Shown: in pieces, positions 9,156-19,299 of the stretch | Layout: every line of letters begins with the position of its first letter | Position numbering within the stretch: position 1 is the first letter of the stretch | NCBI GenBank assembly: GCA_040400605.1 | Contig: JBBAPZ010000012.1 | Coordinates: 1-57,263 of the forward strand | Source of the DNA: Candidatus Sericytochromatia bacterium | GTDB lineage: Bacteria > Cyanobacteriota > Sericytochromatia > S15B-MN24 > JAQBPE01 | DNA: 57,263 nucleotides | Direction: 5' to 3' | Position numbers and translations under genes: made by a program | Notes under the pieces: model-generated | Database searches by the model: none | The model's input: only the letters and a program-made list of their open reading frames with translations | What the model was told of the DNA's origin: nothing

Positions 9156-11678
9156 TCACGATCGGGTGGCCAACGGACCTGGGTCGGGCGCATCAGCCAA
9201 GGCGCGAATACGCGCCACATAGGTCTCCAGAAGTTGATCCGCCTGCATGGCGCTCGTCGCATCCGCATACAGGTGGACAATGGGATCGACGGGATCCGGC
9301 AGAATCAACACCCAGCCGCGTGAATCAAAAATTTTTACACCGTCGAGCATTTCCGTTTCCTGGTTTTTGCTCTCTTCAACCATCACGCGCATCACGGTCC
9401 CTTTACGGTCCCACGGACAAGGGATAGCTTCGTGGATATGGTGAATACTGGGGATGCCCTCATTCACCTCTGACAACGGCACTTGCAGTTTTGACAATGC
9501 TTCGATAATTTTGCCCGTCGTTACCATCGCATCGAAGCCGAGGTGAAGCGCCGGGAAAATAAATTTTCCATCCATGGTGCCGGCCATCGTCACACCAGGT
9601 GCCCGTGCGGCTTCCATCATTGCCCGGGCATTCACTTTGGTACGAATGACCTTGGCACCTTGTCTGGATGCGAGTTCCTCGATGATGGATGGCGCACTGA
9701 CAGGGACTGCAATGGTGGCATCCGGTATGATCCGCGAAATGAGCGTCACCATCAACGCCAACAGACGCGCCTCACTCATGATGCGGCCACGGTTGTCAAC
9801 CACATAGACCCGTTCGCCGTTGTCGTCAATCTGAATACCAAACGTGGCGTTCAATGCCGTGACGATGTGCGCGAGTTGCCCACGCAAATCTTCACGGTGT
9901 TTCGGGGTTGGCGGCATATTAGACAGATTGGCATTCAAGACGACCGTTTCGGCACCCATTCGTCCCAGCATGCTCGGTAGCATCACGTTGGTGAACGAAT
10001 TGGCGAAATCAATGACCAGTTTTGGCTTCATGTCGCGAACACGACCTGAATCGATGACGCCTGAAAACGCATTCGAGTAATGTTCCATCACGCGCGCCGG
10101 AAATGAAATGTTCCCAACATCGGTCAAACCGACCCTGCGAAAATCTTCCTTGAAGAAATTCGATTCTATTTTTTTCTCTTCACTTTTACTGATAGACAAA
10201 CCTTTGTGATCCAAAAACTCGAGGATTATCTCGTTGTCGGCATCGGCAGAGAGCCGGATGTGTACCCCGCCCCGTGCATTGAGATCCGGCAAGTGAAAGC
10301 GGCTGATCGGAATGGCCACCGCCTCAAGGTTGTGAACGTTGATGCCCACGGACAACAGGCCAGAGATAAGGGCACGGTTAATCATGCGGCTTGCTGGCGT
10401 GGCATCGCGTCCCACGACCACGGAACTGCCAAGGGGCAAGGTTGCGCCATACGCCGCACCCAGCTTGACTGCAAATTCCGGCGTGATTTCGATATTAACG
10501 AGCCCTTCCACGCCGGTTGCGCCAAACAGCCCGCGCTGTGCCTGGGTGCCCCATATCAGCGAACTGGTCACAATGGCGCCCGCATCAATCGTCTTGTTTG
10601 GCCAGATTTTCACGCCCGACTTGATAACGGCGTGGTCGCCCACGACGCACTCGTTCGCGATGATCGCACCCTCCAGCACATGAGCGCCTTTTTTGACACT
10701 CGTGCCCTTACCGATGACACAACCCCGCAGCGCGGCGTCTTCACCCACATACACATTGTTCCAGAGCACGGGACGCTTCAAGCTCGCGCGCGCGCGAATC
10801 AGGGCATTGTCACCAATCACCGTTCCAGCCGACAAGACCGCGTGAGGCCCGATTTGACAATTGTTGCCAATTACGAGAGGCCCGGACAAACTCGCCGTCG
10901 GAGCAATGATACTTCCCTCGCCAATCCAGATGCCGTCGCTCTGGCGCGGATACGGGATGGTCAAATCAACCTTGCCGTTCAGCACATCGTAGTGAGCCTG
11001 TCGGTAAGACTGCAGATTTCCGATGTCCTCCCAATATCCGTCGGTGACGAAACCGTACATTGGAATCTGGTTTTCGAGCAGTTTTGGGAAAAGATCCTTG
11101 GAAAAGTCCACTTCCATGTCCGCCGGCAACCAATCGAGTACTTGCGGCTCCAAAATGTAGGTGCCTGTGTTAATGGTGTCGGAGAAGACCTCGGACATGG
11201 ACGGTTTTTCAAGGAACCGTTCGATTCGCCCATCCGTGTCCGTGATCACGACGCCAAACTCCAATGGGTTGGGTACCCGTTTGAGAACGATGGAGGCTTG
11301 CGAACCCTTGGCTCGATGCTGGGCGATCGCCTCGCTAAGATTGAGATCGGTCAGTGAATCACCGGAAATCACCAAAAACGTTTCATCAAGGAGATCAGCG
11401 ATGGCCTTGACGCATCCGGCCGTTCCAAGTGGCATCTTTTCTTCCACCGCATAAGTGATGTTGACGCCCCACTCACGACCATCACCAAAATAGTTCTGGA
11501 TCACATGCGGCAGGTAGTACAAGGTAATGATGATGTCGGTGATGCCATGCCGTTTCAGCAGGTTGATGATATGCTCCGCGATGGGACGGTTGACTATCGG
11601 AACCATGGGCTTGGGCAAGTCGCAGGTCAAGGGACGCAAACGCGTACCGGAACCGCCTGCCATCAAGACTGCTTTCAT
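9156..11678 (-). CDS. Mannose-1-phosphate guanylyltransferase / phosphomannomutase-like fusion
   Basis: [17 protein letters not shown] nucleotidyltransferase domain, hexapeptide LbH region, then a PGM/PMM-like domain (LFGATGVEG). 840 aa, typical of the cyanobacterial/actinobacterial fusion. Confidence 0.9.
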   Translation of the reverse strand: MKAVLMAGGSGTRLRPLTCDLPKPMVPIVNRPIAEHIINLLKRHGITDIIITLYYLPHVIQNYFGDGREWGVNITYAVEEKMPLGTAGCVKAIADLLDETFLVISGDSLTDLNLSEAIAQHRAKGSQASIVLKRVPNPLEFGVVITDTDGRIERFLEKPSMSEVFSDTINTGTYILEPQVLDWLPADMEVDFSKDLFPKLLENQIPMYGFVTDGYWEDIGNLQSYRQAHYDVLNGKVDLTIPYPRQSDGIWIGEGSIIAPTASLSGPLVIGNNCQIGPHAVLSAGTVIGDNALIRARASLKRPVLWNNVYVGEDAALRGCVIGKGTSVKKGAHVLEGAIIANECVVGDHAVIKSGVKIWPNKTIDAGAIVTSSLIWGTQAQRGLFGATGVEGLVNIEITPEFAVKLGAAYGATLPLGSSVVVGRDATPASRMINRALISGLLSVGINVHNLEAVAIPISRFHLPDLNARGGVHIRLSADADNEIILEFLDHKGLSISKSEEKKIESNFFKEDFRRVGLTDVGNISFPARVMEHYSNAFSGVIDSGRVRDMKPKLVIDFANSFTNVMLPSMLGRMGAETVVLNANLSNMPPTPKHREDLRGQLAHIVTALNATFGIQIDDNGERVYVVDNRGRIMSEARLLALMVTLISRIIPDATIAVPVSAPSIIEELASRQGAKVIRTKVNARAMMEAARAPGVTMAGTMDGKFIFPALHLGFDAMVTTGKIIEALSKLQVPLSEVNEGIPSIHHIHEAIPCPWDRKGTVMRVMVEESKNQETEMLDGVKIFDSRGWVLILPDPVDPIVHLYADATSAMQADQLLETYVARIRALADAPDPGPLATRS

Positions 11679-11738
11679 GGGACGTACCTCCTTCTCATCG
11701 CCATTGATGATGCCAACTCAGGTGTTGCGTCCGCAAAG

Positions 11739-13049
11739 CTAGCGCTTGGCGGTCGATTGTTGAGAAATCGCAGGGGCATCCAACGACGCGTCACGGTGAT
11801 TGCCCGCACGCTGCGCTTTTGCCGCTTGCTCCTCAGATTCTGTTTCGGGCTTCACAATACGACAATAAACGCCTTCTGTCGCTTGGGCAATGCGCGCCCA
11901 GTTGAAAATCGTTTCGACACGTTGACGCCCATTGCGCGCCAAATGTTTGGCGTAATCCGTGTTTTTCAGAACTTCGAGCAAGCCCCACGCCAAGGAATCC
12001 GGATTACCGGCGTACGTGGTAATCCCACTGACGGTGTGCTCAACAATCTCACCCAAACCACCCACATCTGACACCACCGTGGGCAACCCTGCGGCCATAC
12101 CTTCCAACGCCACAATCCCAAAGGGCTCGTACAAACTGGGGAATGTGGCCACATCGGCAACCTGATAGATGCGGTGAAGATCCGTATCAGAGACAAACCC
12201 CGTGAAATTGACATAGGGCGTCACGCCAAGCACTTCGGCACGGTGCTTCAACTCGGCTAGAAATCCACCTTTGCCGGCAATGACGAAGCGGACGGTGGGG
12301 AATTGCGGCAACACTTTGGGAATCGCCTCCAGCAAGATTTGCGCTCCCTTTTCTGCGACCATGCGACCCACGAAAAACACGATTTTCTGGTTGTCTGCCG
12401 CCAAATGACGCCTGAACTGCCGCGCTTCATCCGCCGTCAAGCCCGGTGCGAACTTGCCTGCATCCACACCGTTGGGAATGACATCGAGTTTGTCGACCGG
12501 CACCCCAAAACACCGTTGTACTTCGTCATACATATGACGCGAGCACACAATGACGCGCCAGGCCTCAAAACAGAGCCACCACTCCATTTGATTGACATAA
12601 CCGGAAAAAGCACCCGCAATGTGACCCTGATTGCGTCCCGCTTCGGTCGCATGCACCGTGGCCAACATCGGCACAGCCAGCCCCCGTTTGAGACCGACGC
12701 CCGCATGCGCAACCAGCCAGTCGTGAGCATGAATGACCTCAAAAGGTCTTTCCGTGTGCAAAGCGGTGGCGTAAGCCATCATCCCCAAGTTCAATTGCAT
12801 CACCCAACTCAAGAAATCGGGTGTTTCAAAGTCCAGGTGTTTGACCCGATGGATCCAGACGCCACGAACGCACTCGTGCTCCAATGTGTCGGGGTGATTC
12901 GCGGTGACCACGTGCACATCATGGCCGCGTGCCGCCAAAGCTTCTGAAAGTTCCTCAACGTGACGCGCAATTCCGCCGACAATTCGCGGGGGGTATTCCC
13001 AAGACAACATCAAAATGCGCATTCGTTGCTTCACTTTCGTTTCGACCAC
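11739..13049 (-). CDS. Glycosyltransferase family 4 (GT-B)
   Basis: Motifs MRILMLSWEYPP..GG, HAHDW, VGRMVAEKG, YEPFGIVALE. Confidence 0.92.
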   Translation of the reverse strand: MVETKVKQRMRILMLSWEYPPRIVGGIARHVEELSEALAARGHDVHVVTANHPDTLEHECVRGVWIHRVKHLDFETPDFLSWVMQLNLGMMAYATALHTERPFEVIHAHDWLVAHAGVGLKRGLAVPMLATVHATEAGRNQGHIAGAFSGYVNQMEWWLCFEAWRVIVCSRHMYDEVQRCFGVPVDKLDVIPNGVDAGKFAPGLTADEARQFRRHLAADNQKIVFFVGRMVAEKGAQILLEAIPKVLPQFPTVRFVIAGKGGFLAELKHRAEVLGVTPYVNFTGFVSDTDLHRIYQVADVATFPSLYEPFGIVALEGMAAGLPTVVSDVGGLGEIVEHTVSGITTYAGNPDSLAWGLLEVLKNTDYAKHLARNGRQRVETIFNWARIAQATEGVYCRIVKPETESEEQAAKAQRAGNHRDASLDAPAISQQSTAKR

Positions 13050-13518
13050 GTCTTCGTTGCGAGTGCGATCGCCTGCTCAACCGAACGCCTCGCGACCTTG
13101 CAGGGACGTACGACAGACATCGCCAGCCCGCCTCAAACGATAGCAGATTCAGGTTGGATTCGAAAGGACATGAAACCGTCCCATACCGGCAACTATCCCG
13201 GCGTGCGGGTGACCGCACCGCATCGCTCGGCTTCCCTTGTCACCTATCGTCGACAGATTCTGAAAAAGCCGGTGGACGCTGCATCCATGTTCCCAAACAC
13301 AGTGCTTTCCGAGTGCCCTGCCAGACGAGAGATGGGAACCTCTTTTTGAAGGGTTCAAAACAGTCGGCCACCATTGAATGTTTGCACACCCTGTTTCAGC
13401 AGTGTGAGCTTTCGCTGCAAACATTACGGACGGCAACCGATACGTCGGGTTTAATCAGACACACAGCGGTTGCTGGCGAATGCTCACGCAGCAGGACCCC
13501 ATCCGGTGTGCACGCCGG

Positions 13519-13887
13519 CTAAAACGGCATGCCATCATCGTATGACGCGCCGGCGCTCGGGGCTTCTGAACGTGAACCCAGCAAACGAAGGCGTTCAGCC
13601 GCAATGAGTGGCATCTCCTGTTGCTGGTTGCTGGCATCTTTCCAACGGTTGATCTGCAAACGTCCGATGACTCCAACCAGCTTGCCCTTTTTGACATACT
13701 CAGCGGCAACTTCGGCTTCCTTGCCCCAAAGCTCGACTCGGAACCAGTCCGTTGCATCAACGCCCTCAGTGCGGCGAACAGGACGATCCACGGCCAAATT
13801 GAATGTCGTCCGCGCCCGTCCGTTGTCGAAATACTTGATGTCCGCATCTGCGCCAGCACGTCCGACCAGCACAACCGAATTCAACAT
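13519..13887 (-). CDS. ssb: Single-stranded DNA-binding protein (short, cyanobacterial-like)
   Basis: Motifs MLNSVVLVGRAG, TDWFRVELWGK and acidic tail DDGMPF. GGAGGG RBS before ATG 13887. Confidence 0.95.
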   Translation of the reverse strand: MLNSVVLVGRAGADADIKYFDNGRARTTFNLAVDRPVRRTEGVDATDWFRVELWGKEAEVAAEYVKKGKLVGVIGRLQINRWKDASNQQQEMPLIAAERLRLLGSRSEAPSAGASYDDGMPF

Positions 13888-14641
13888 GGCACCCTCCGAT
13901 TTGATTAAATGCCGACCATTTGTATCGATAACTTCGCCTGAAGGCTTCATCCTATCACACTGAGGGATGGGGCGGCGCAGCGGCGCAGCGAGGCATGGCG
14001 TGAGAACTCAGGCAAGCGCACCCCGCCGTTACCCCGGGTTAGCACTTTTTTGTAGTTGACGGGGGTTAGAGGCGAATTCCCGGCTGTCCGCAGCGTGGGG
14101 GATTGATGGCATGCCTGGCGCAGGACTTGCTCGGCGCTCTAAGCGCCTGTCGGCCTGACAGCCGATCGTAGCCTCCGAACGCAAGAAGTCGGGCAAGTGC
14201 GCTTGTTTGTCATGGTTGGCGGCGAGAACGTCGAAGTGGGACGCGGCGGGAGACTTCCTCCGGGCCGCTCCCTGACGGTCACGGTACTGATGAAGTCTCC
14301 CGTCCGATGGCGCTAACTCCGACAGGCTCCTAGTCAAGCTTTCACTGCAAATGTTAGTATTGAAATTGACGGGGTGTGCTGCTGCTGTCGCCGGATGGTG
14401 CGTGCGATTCGCAGTGATGCATCGGTTCACGTTGGGTTATCGCGATTGAAGTCGTTGCAAGCTTTTTTGTGTGTTGGCGAGTTCCCGTTTGTCCGCGGAT
14501 GATGCGTGTACAAGGCTGTTGGGACTGTCCGCGCGGAATGCTTGCGTGCGCTCAGGTGCGCTTACCCGGTCAAGACAGCGTTTATTGAATGTGGCATCGG
14601 GGCCTTGATTGGTGCTTGGGTGCAGGAACAGGAATGATTCA

Positions 14642-16906
14642 TTGAGAAGAGAAATCATCATTTGCGAGGCCCACGACCTGGCTGTGGTGCTGGAAGACGG
14701 GAAAGCGGTCGAGTTTTTCCTGCGGCATGGGGATCAATTGGTTGGGGATATCATCTGGGGGCAGGTCGAGGCGATCGTTCCTGGCATCGAAGCCGCTTTT
14801 GTGGATATTGGGCAGGATCGTAACGGCTTCATTCACGTGGCCGACTTGCCGGCGGCGCAGGCCCCAAGAAAATTACAAGTGGCGAAGCAACCCGCGATTC
14901 GAGTGAAAGAACGCCTGCTGGTTCAGATCGCCAAGGCACCGACTGGCACGAAGGGTGCGCGTTTAACGGGGCGATTGACGATTCCGGGGCGCTTTTTGGT
15001 TTTGGTTCCCGATGACAACCGCGTGTCCATCTCGCGCCGGATTACGGATGCGCGTGAGCGCGAGCGCTTGCGTCGCTTGACGTTGAAGCTGAAGGATCCT
15101 GGGCACGGGCTGATTGTTCGAACCGAGGCCGTGGATCGCTCGGAAGCTGATTTGCGGCAGGATATCAATGATCTGATCGATATCTGGGCAGACATTTTGC
15201 ATCAGGTTCAAATTGTTGCGCCTCCGGCTTTGCTGCACCGAGACAGTGACTTGGTTCATCGTGTGTTGCGGGATGCGATGACGGCAGAGGTTGAGCGCGT
15301 GGTGGTCGATACGGCCGGTGGGTACACCAAGGCGCGGGAGATACTGGCCGGCTGGATGCCTGAGATGGTTGAGCGTGTGGCAGCGCATGAAGGGTCCGAA
15401 TCAATCATGACCCGTTATCACATCAGTGAAGAATTGGAGGCGGCTATTTCACCGAAGGTTTGGTTGCCCAGTGGCGGCTATATTGTCATCGAACACACCG
15501 AAGCATTGACTGTGATTGACGTGAACTCAGGACGACTGACCCAGAGCAAGTCTTTGGCGGACACTGTTTTGCGCACCAATGTCGAGGCTGCCGCGGAGGT
15601 TGCGCGACAGTTGCGTTTGCGTGATATTGGCGGAATCATCGTCATCGACTTCATTTCAATGGATGACAGCAAGGATCGCAACAAGGTTTGGCAGGCGTTC
15701 AACGAGGCTCTGAAGCAAGACAAGAGTCGTCCGCAGGTCACCAACTTCTCTGAGCATGGTTTGATTGAGGTCTCGCGACGTCGGCAGGGGCAAAATTTGC
15801 TGGAGCAGTTAACCTCGCCTTGCGAAGGTTGCGGTGGTACAGGACGAATCAGGCACAGCCACTTGCTGCCGGAGCTTGTTCCCGTCGCTGTTGCTGAGTT
15901 GCCGATCGCCACGCCTGTTAGTGGCCACACTGTGGCGTCAGTGGATGATTTGGTGATCAGTGATGCCTCCGAGCTGCTGGAAGCTGATTTGAGCGAGCAG
16001 GCGGCGTCGGATGGTGCGACTCGCGAGGGTGGACGTCGCAGGCGTCGGCGCCGTGGCCGTGGTCGTGGTCGTCAGTTGGAGGACGGGCTTGCCGTCGAGG
16101 ATTCGACGCCAGAGGCGGACGTGCTTGCAGACGGGTTGGTTGTTGAAGAGTTTCAGTGGCCGGATGCCGTTCCAGACCAGAAGCCGTCTGAGACAGCGGT
16201 GGTTGAGCCGGCTGCGGTGAGCGGGACAGGGTTTGTTGTGCAGGAAGTCACGCTTGATGAGCTTTTGGGTGGTGTTGTGGCGTCACCTGCTGCAAACGTT
16301 GGCCCGCGGGAACGCGGAGAGGGTGCCAGACGCAACCGCGCCGCCGGTGCATCGCGTGGCCGCGACCAGCGTGTAACGGAGGCATCTCGCCTGACCGGAG
16401 ATGGCCAAGCCGAGCGTTGGTCCAGACAAACGCGACCTGCCCGTGAAGGAGCCGGCGACGCAGGCGCCCCGGCGCCTACCATGCCGAAGCCTACAGCGTC
16501 CAAAGACCTTAGTCGACCTTTGCCTGCGGCACCTGAGGTGGTGCTGGTTTCCCCCGCGTTGGTTGAGACGCCGGCACCGATTGCTGAGCTGGGTCCGCTT
16601 GCGGATGCGGCTGATACGCTGCCGTCCTTGCCCGTGCCGGAACAGCTAAGCACGACGCAGGTGCCCGGTTTGTTCGTGATCAAGAAAAAGTCGCAGGCTG
16701 CAGCCGTTATGCCTTCCGAACCCCAGGCGGATGGCGTGGCAGAGGCAGTAGATGCGCAAAAGGCGCCGACCATCAAGAGAGCCTCGGCGAAAAAAACTTC
16801 TACCAAAACCCCGTCCGCCGAAAAGGTGTCTAAGGCGCCTGCCAACAAGCGCTCCGCATCCAGAAAAGCTGATACAACGGAGTCGATTGAAGCGGCAACG
16901 GTGTAG
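14642..16906 (+). CDS. rne: Ribonuclease E/G family endoribonuclease with long disordered C-terminus
   Basis: S1 domain (AAFVDIG), TVIDVNSG, RQLRLRDIGGIIVIDFI, Zn-link CEGCGGTG and Arg-rich RRRRRRRGRGRGR. TTG 14642 with AGGAA RBS. Confidence 0.93.
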   Translation: MRREIIICEAHDLAVVLEDGKAVEFFLRHGDQLVGDIIWGQVEAIVPGIEAAFVDIGQDRNGFIHVADLPAAQAPRKLQVAKQPAIRVKERLLVQIAKAPTGTKGARLTGRLTIPGRFLVLVPDDNRVSISRRITDARERERLRRLTLKLKDPGHGLIVRTEAVDRSEADLRQDINDLIDIWADILHQVQIVAPPALLHRDSDLVHRVLRDAMTAEVERVVVDTAGGYTKAREILAGWMPEMVERVAAHEGSESIMTRYHISEELEAAISPKVWLPSGGYIVIEHTEALTVIDVNSGRLTQSKSLADTVLRTNVEAAAEVARQLRLRDIGGIIVIDFISMDDSKDRNKVWQAFNEALKQDKSRPQVTNFSEHGLIEVSRRRQGQNLLEQLTSPCEGCGGTGRIRHSHLLPELVPVAVAELPIATPVSGHTVASVDDLVISDASELLEADLSEQAASDGATREGGRRRRRRRGRGRGRQLEDGLAVEDSTPEADVLADGLVVEEFQWPDAVPDQKPSETAVVEPAAVSGTGFVVQEVTLDELLGGVVASPAANVGPRERGEGARRNRAAGASRGRDQRVTEASRLTGDGQAERWSRQTRPAREGAGDAGAPAPTMPKPTASKDLSRPLPAAPEVVLVSPALVETPAPIAELGPLADAADTLPSLPVPEQLSTTQVPGLFVIKKKSQAAAVMPSEPQADGVAEAVDAQKAPTIKRASAKKTSTKTPSAEKVSKAPANKRSASRKADTTESIEAATV

Positions 16907-16957
16907 TGACGCAAACAATCGGAAGGCCCCAGAGCCTGGTTTCGCGGGAGGGGAGCG

Positions 16958-17908
16958 GTGTGTGAACCGGTTCTGGACGCTGAAGTTTGGACAATGGGTG
17001 CGTCAGGTCTTGTCGGTGAGCGTTTGGACCGGGCGTGCCTTGCGCGGTGGCCACAGTTTTCCCGCGCACGTGTGCAGGCTTGGATTGACACGGGGCACAT
17101 CCGGGTCAATGGTATCGCGGTCAAGCCAGCATATCGATTACGGGTAGATGACGTCATACGGCTTGAACCGCCGCCGGTGGTCGATTTGGCGGTTCAACCC
17201 GAGCCGATTCCGTTGGATGTGGTTTATGAGGATGGCGATCTCATTGTTTTGAACAAGCCGCAAGGAATGGTGGTGCATCCAGCGAATGGCGCAACGCAGG
17301 GAACGTTGGTCAATGCATTGCTTCACCATTGTACCGATCTCTCCGGGATCGGTGGCGTGAGTCGACCTGGTATCGTACACCGATTGGACAAAGATACATC
17401 TGGTCTGATGGTCGTTGCCAAACACGATCGAGCGCACATCGGACTATCGGAGCAAATTGCCAAAAAGCAAGCCCAACGGATCTATTGGGCGGTCATCCGC
17501 GGCTCCCTTGCAACACCGGTCGGGCGTATCGAGGCAGCCATAGGCCGTCATCCGCATCATAGGCAAAAAATGGCGGTTCGCCCCGATGGCAAATCTGCCG
17601 CCACGCGCCACACGACCCTTGCTACCGCGAATGGTTATTCGTTGGTCGAACTCACGCTGGAAACCGGCCGGACACACCAGATTCGCGTGCACATGGCACA
17701 TATGAATCATCCGATTGTGGGCGACCCGATCTATGGTGGTGATCGCCACTTGCCTGTCAAACTCGCAGGGCAGGCACTGCACGCCCGAGAGTTATCCTTC
17801 ACTCACCCAGTTACCGATGAAGCGTTACATTTTTTAATAGAACCACCGTCCACCATGCTTAAATTGCTCAGCCATCTTGGATTAAATCCACGGGGTGCAT
17901 CCACTTAA
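16958..17908 (+). CDS. rluD: RluA/RluD-family pseudouridine synthase with S4 domain
   Basis: Motifs ERLD (S4), VHRLDKDTSGL, TGRTHQIRVH, QALHA. Confidence 0.9.
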   Translation: MCEPVLDAEVWTMGASGLVGERLDRACLARWPQFSRARVQAWIDTGHIRVNGIAVKPAYRLRVDDVIRLEPPPVVDLAVQPEPIPLDVVYEDGDLIVLNKPQGMVVHPANGATQGTLVNALLHHCTDLSGIGGVSRPGIVHRLDKDTSGLMVVAKHDRAHIGLSEQIAKKQAQRIYWAVIRGSLATPVGRIEAAIGRHPHHRQKMAVRPDGKSAATRHTTLATANGYSLVELTLETGRTHQIRVHMAHMNHPIVGDPIYGGDRHLPVKLAGQALHARELSFTHPVTDEALHFLIEPPSTMLKLLSHLGLNPRGAST

Positions 17909-18060
17909 ATGCCGGACAAGCAAGCTTGGTGCCTTGTAAACGCATAAATCCAAGCGATGCTTGCCGTGTTTCAACAACAAGCAGTACGGACTGCAGCCGG
18001 ACGATTGGGTATCTTGACCCGAACGTTGTGTCAACTGCGCCATGCGAGACACAAATGCTG

Positions 18061-18173
18061 TGATCGGTGACCCAATCTTGGCTGTTGTTGAATAACAACA
18101 CGTGAATGCCTGAAGTTTAAATTTTGCTACACAAGTTTTGAACACAAACCCAGACGTCAGGGAACGGTGTCGC
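18061..18173 (-). repeat. Dispersed intergenic repeat family A, copy 1
   Basis: Reverse complement TGTTCAAAACTTGTGTAGCAAAATTTAAACTTCAGGCATTCACGTG...CAGCCAAGATTGGGTCACCGATCA aligns with 31411, 36423 and 51898/52081. Confidence 0.8.
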
Positions 18174-18371
18174 TATTTAATAAGATTTTTACTTTTTCTT
18201 ATATCTTTCTGAACCATTTGTGCGCTTCGTCGTGCGATATAGGTTATGACGGGAGATGGTGCGTTGGGGCATTAAGACTTGTTTTGACTGGTGCCGTCTT
18301 GGTGCTGCGGCACGCGTCGTCTCGGCTTTTGGGCGTTTGTCGTTGTGGTGGGATGGGGGGATGACGAAAGG

Positions 18372-18968
18372 ATGTTTGGCGTGAGATTGCGCGAGGGCTG
18401 GCGGCGTCACGTCGGGTGCGTCGGGGCGGTGCTGGTTTTGCTGGGCTGTGGTATCGACGGGCGTCTGGCTGGTGAGAACGTCATTGTTGCACACGATGGG
18501 GTTTCGCGCGGCGATGGCGGCCTTACGGCGGAAGGCTTGATACGTCGATTTCGGGAGTCGGATTATGTCGACTTGCTGCCGGTTCCGCAGGTTGCGTGGG
18601 ACTGGCGGACAATGGATGTTGGTGCGCGGTTTCGGATCCGTGGCAATCTGTATTATCGTCGGGTCCCACGTGATCCGGATGCACTTGAGTTGCTGATTTT
18701 GGATCAGGCTTGGTTGAGCGTGCAGTCGGGAGGGGACGAGCCTTTTGTGTTGTGCGTGCGGGGCTTTGCCAATTTTGAACTGCTGCGCGCGTGGGTGGCG
18801 GACCTAGATGCGCGACCGTATCGGCCGGATCAGGTGATAGGTGTCAACCGAAGTGAGTTGTCAACGGCGTTTGTAACTGTGGGACGGAATCGGTTCACAC
18901 GGAGTGAGCCTTTGCTGGAAGTGGACGCAATTCGGACGTTTCGCGGTTATTTGATGCGTCAGCCTTAA
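18372..18968 (+). CDS. Hypothetical lipoprotein
   Basis: ATG 18372 after GAAAGG; basic N-terminus, hydrophobic stretch and LLGC lipobox. Confidence 0.6.
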   Translation: MFGVRLREGWRRHVGCVGAVLVLLGCGIDGRLAGENVIVAHDGVSRGDGGLTAEGLIRRFRESDYVDLLPVPQVAWDWRTMDVGARFRIRGNLYYRRVPRDPDALELLILDQAWLSVQSGGDEPFVLCVRGFANFELLRAWVADLDARPYRPDQVIGVNRSELSTAFVTVGRNRFTRSEPLLEVDAIRTFRGYLMRQP

Positions 18969-19299
18969 ATATTGGCCGCACATTTTGAGGCGTTGAGGGA
19001 TAGACAATCTTCTGCGGGGTTTGATTGTTGACTGGCCACCTCACAGTTTTTTGTTGTGTCTGGATCGGGTGATATGTTGTCGCAGTTTGTTTGATGTGAC
19101 GGGTCCTGATTGAGTTGCGATTTTTATGAACAACAGGCAGGGCCTGATGGTATAACGGGGCTGTCTTGAAACGCTGTCGTGTTTTGAGTTCAAAAAATCG
19201 TGCATGTGTTGAGGCTAGGTCGTTTGTTCGGTGTGCCATTGGGGGTGGTCTTGGGTACAACATCAGCATTGACCGTGTGAAGCCGAGGTAGGTTCGTAG

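Noticed and set aside
10206..11357. Long + strand ORF (383 aa) and similar shadow ORFs (16153-17157, 28032-28892, 28720-29634, 45548-46417, 56167-56997)
   Set aside because: They are antisense to well-supported genes, lack recognisable motifs and are expected in GC-rich DNA.
14287..14293. Hammerhead core CTGATGA, or SRP/tmRNA/RNase P in the ssb-rne gap
   Set aside because: No correctly placed GAAA partner, and no hallmark motifs of those RNAs.
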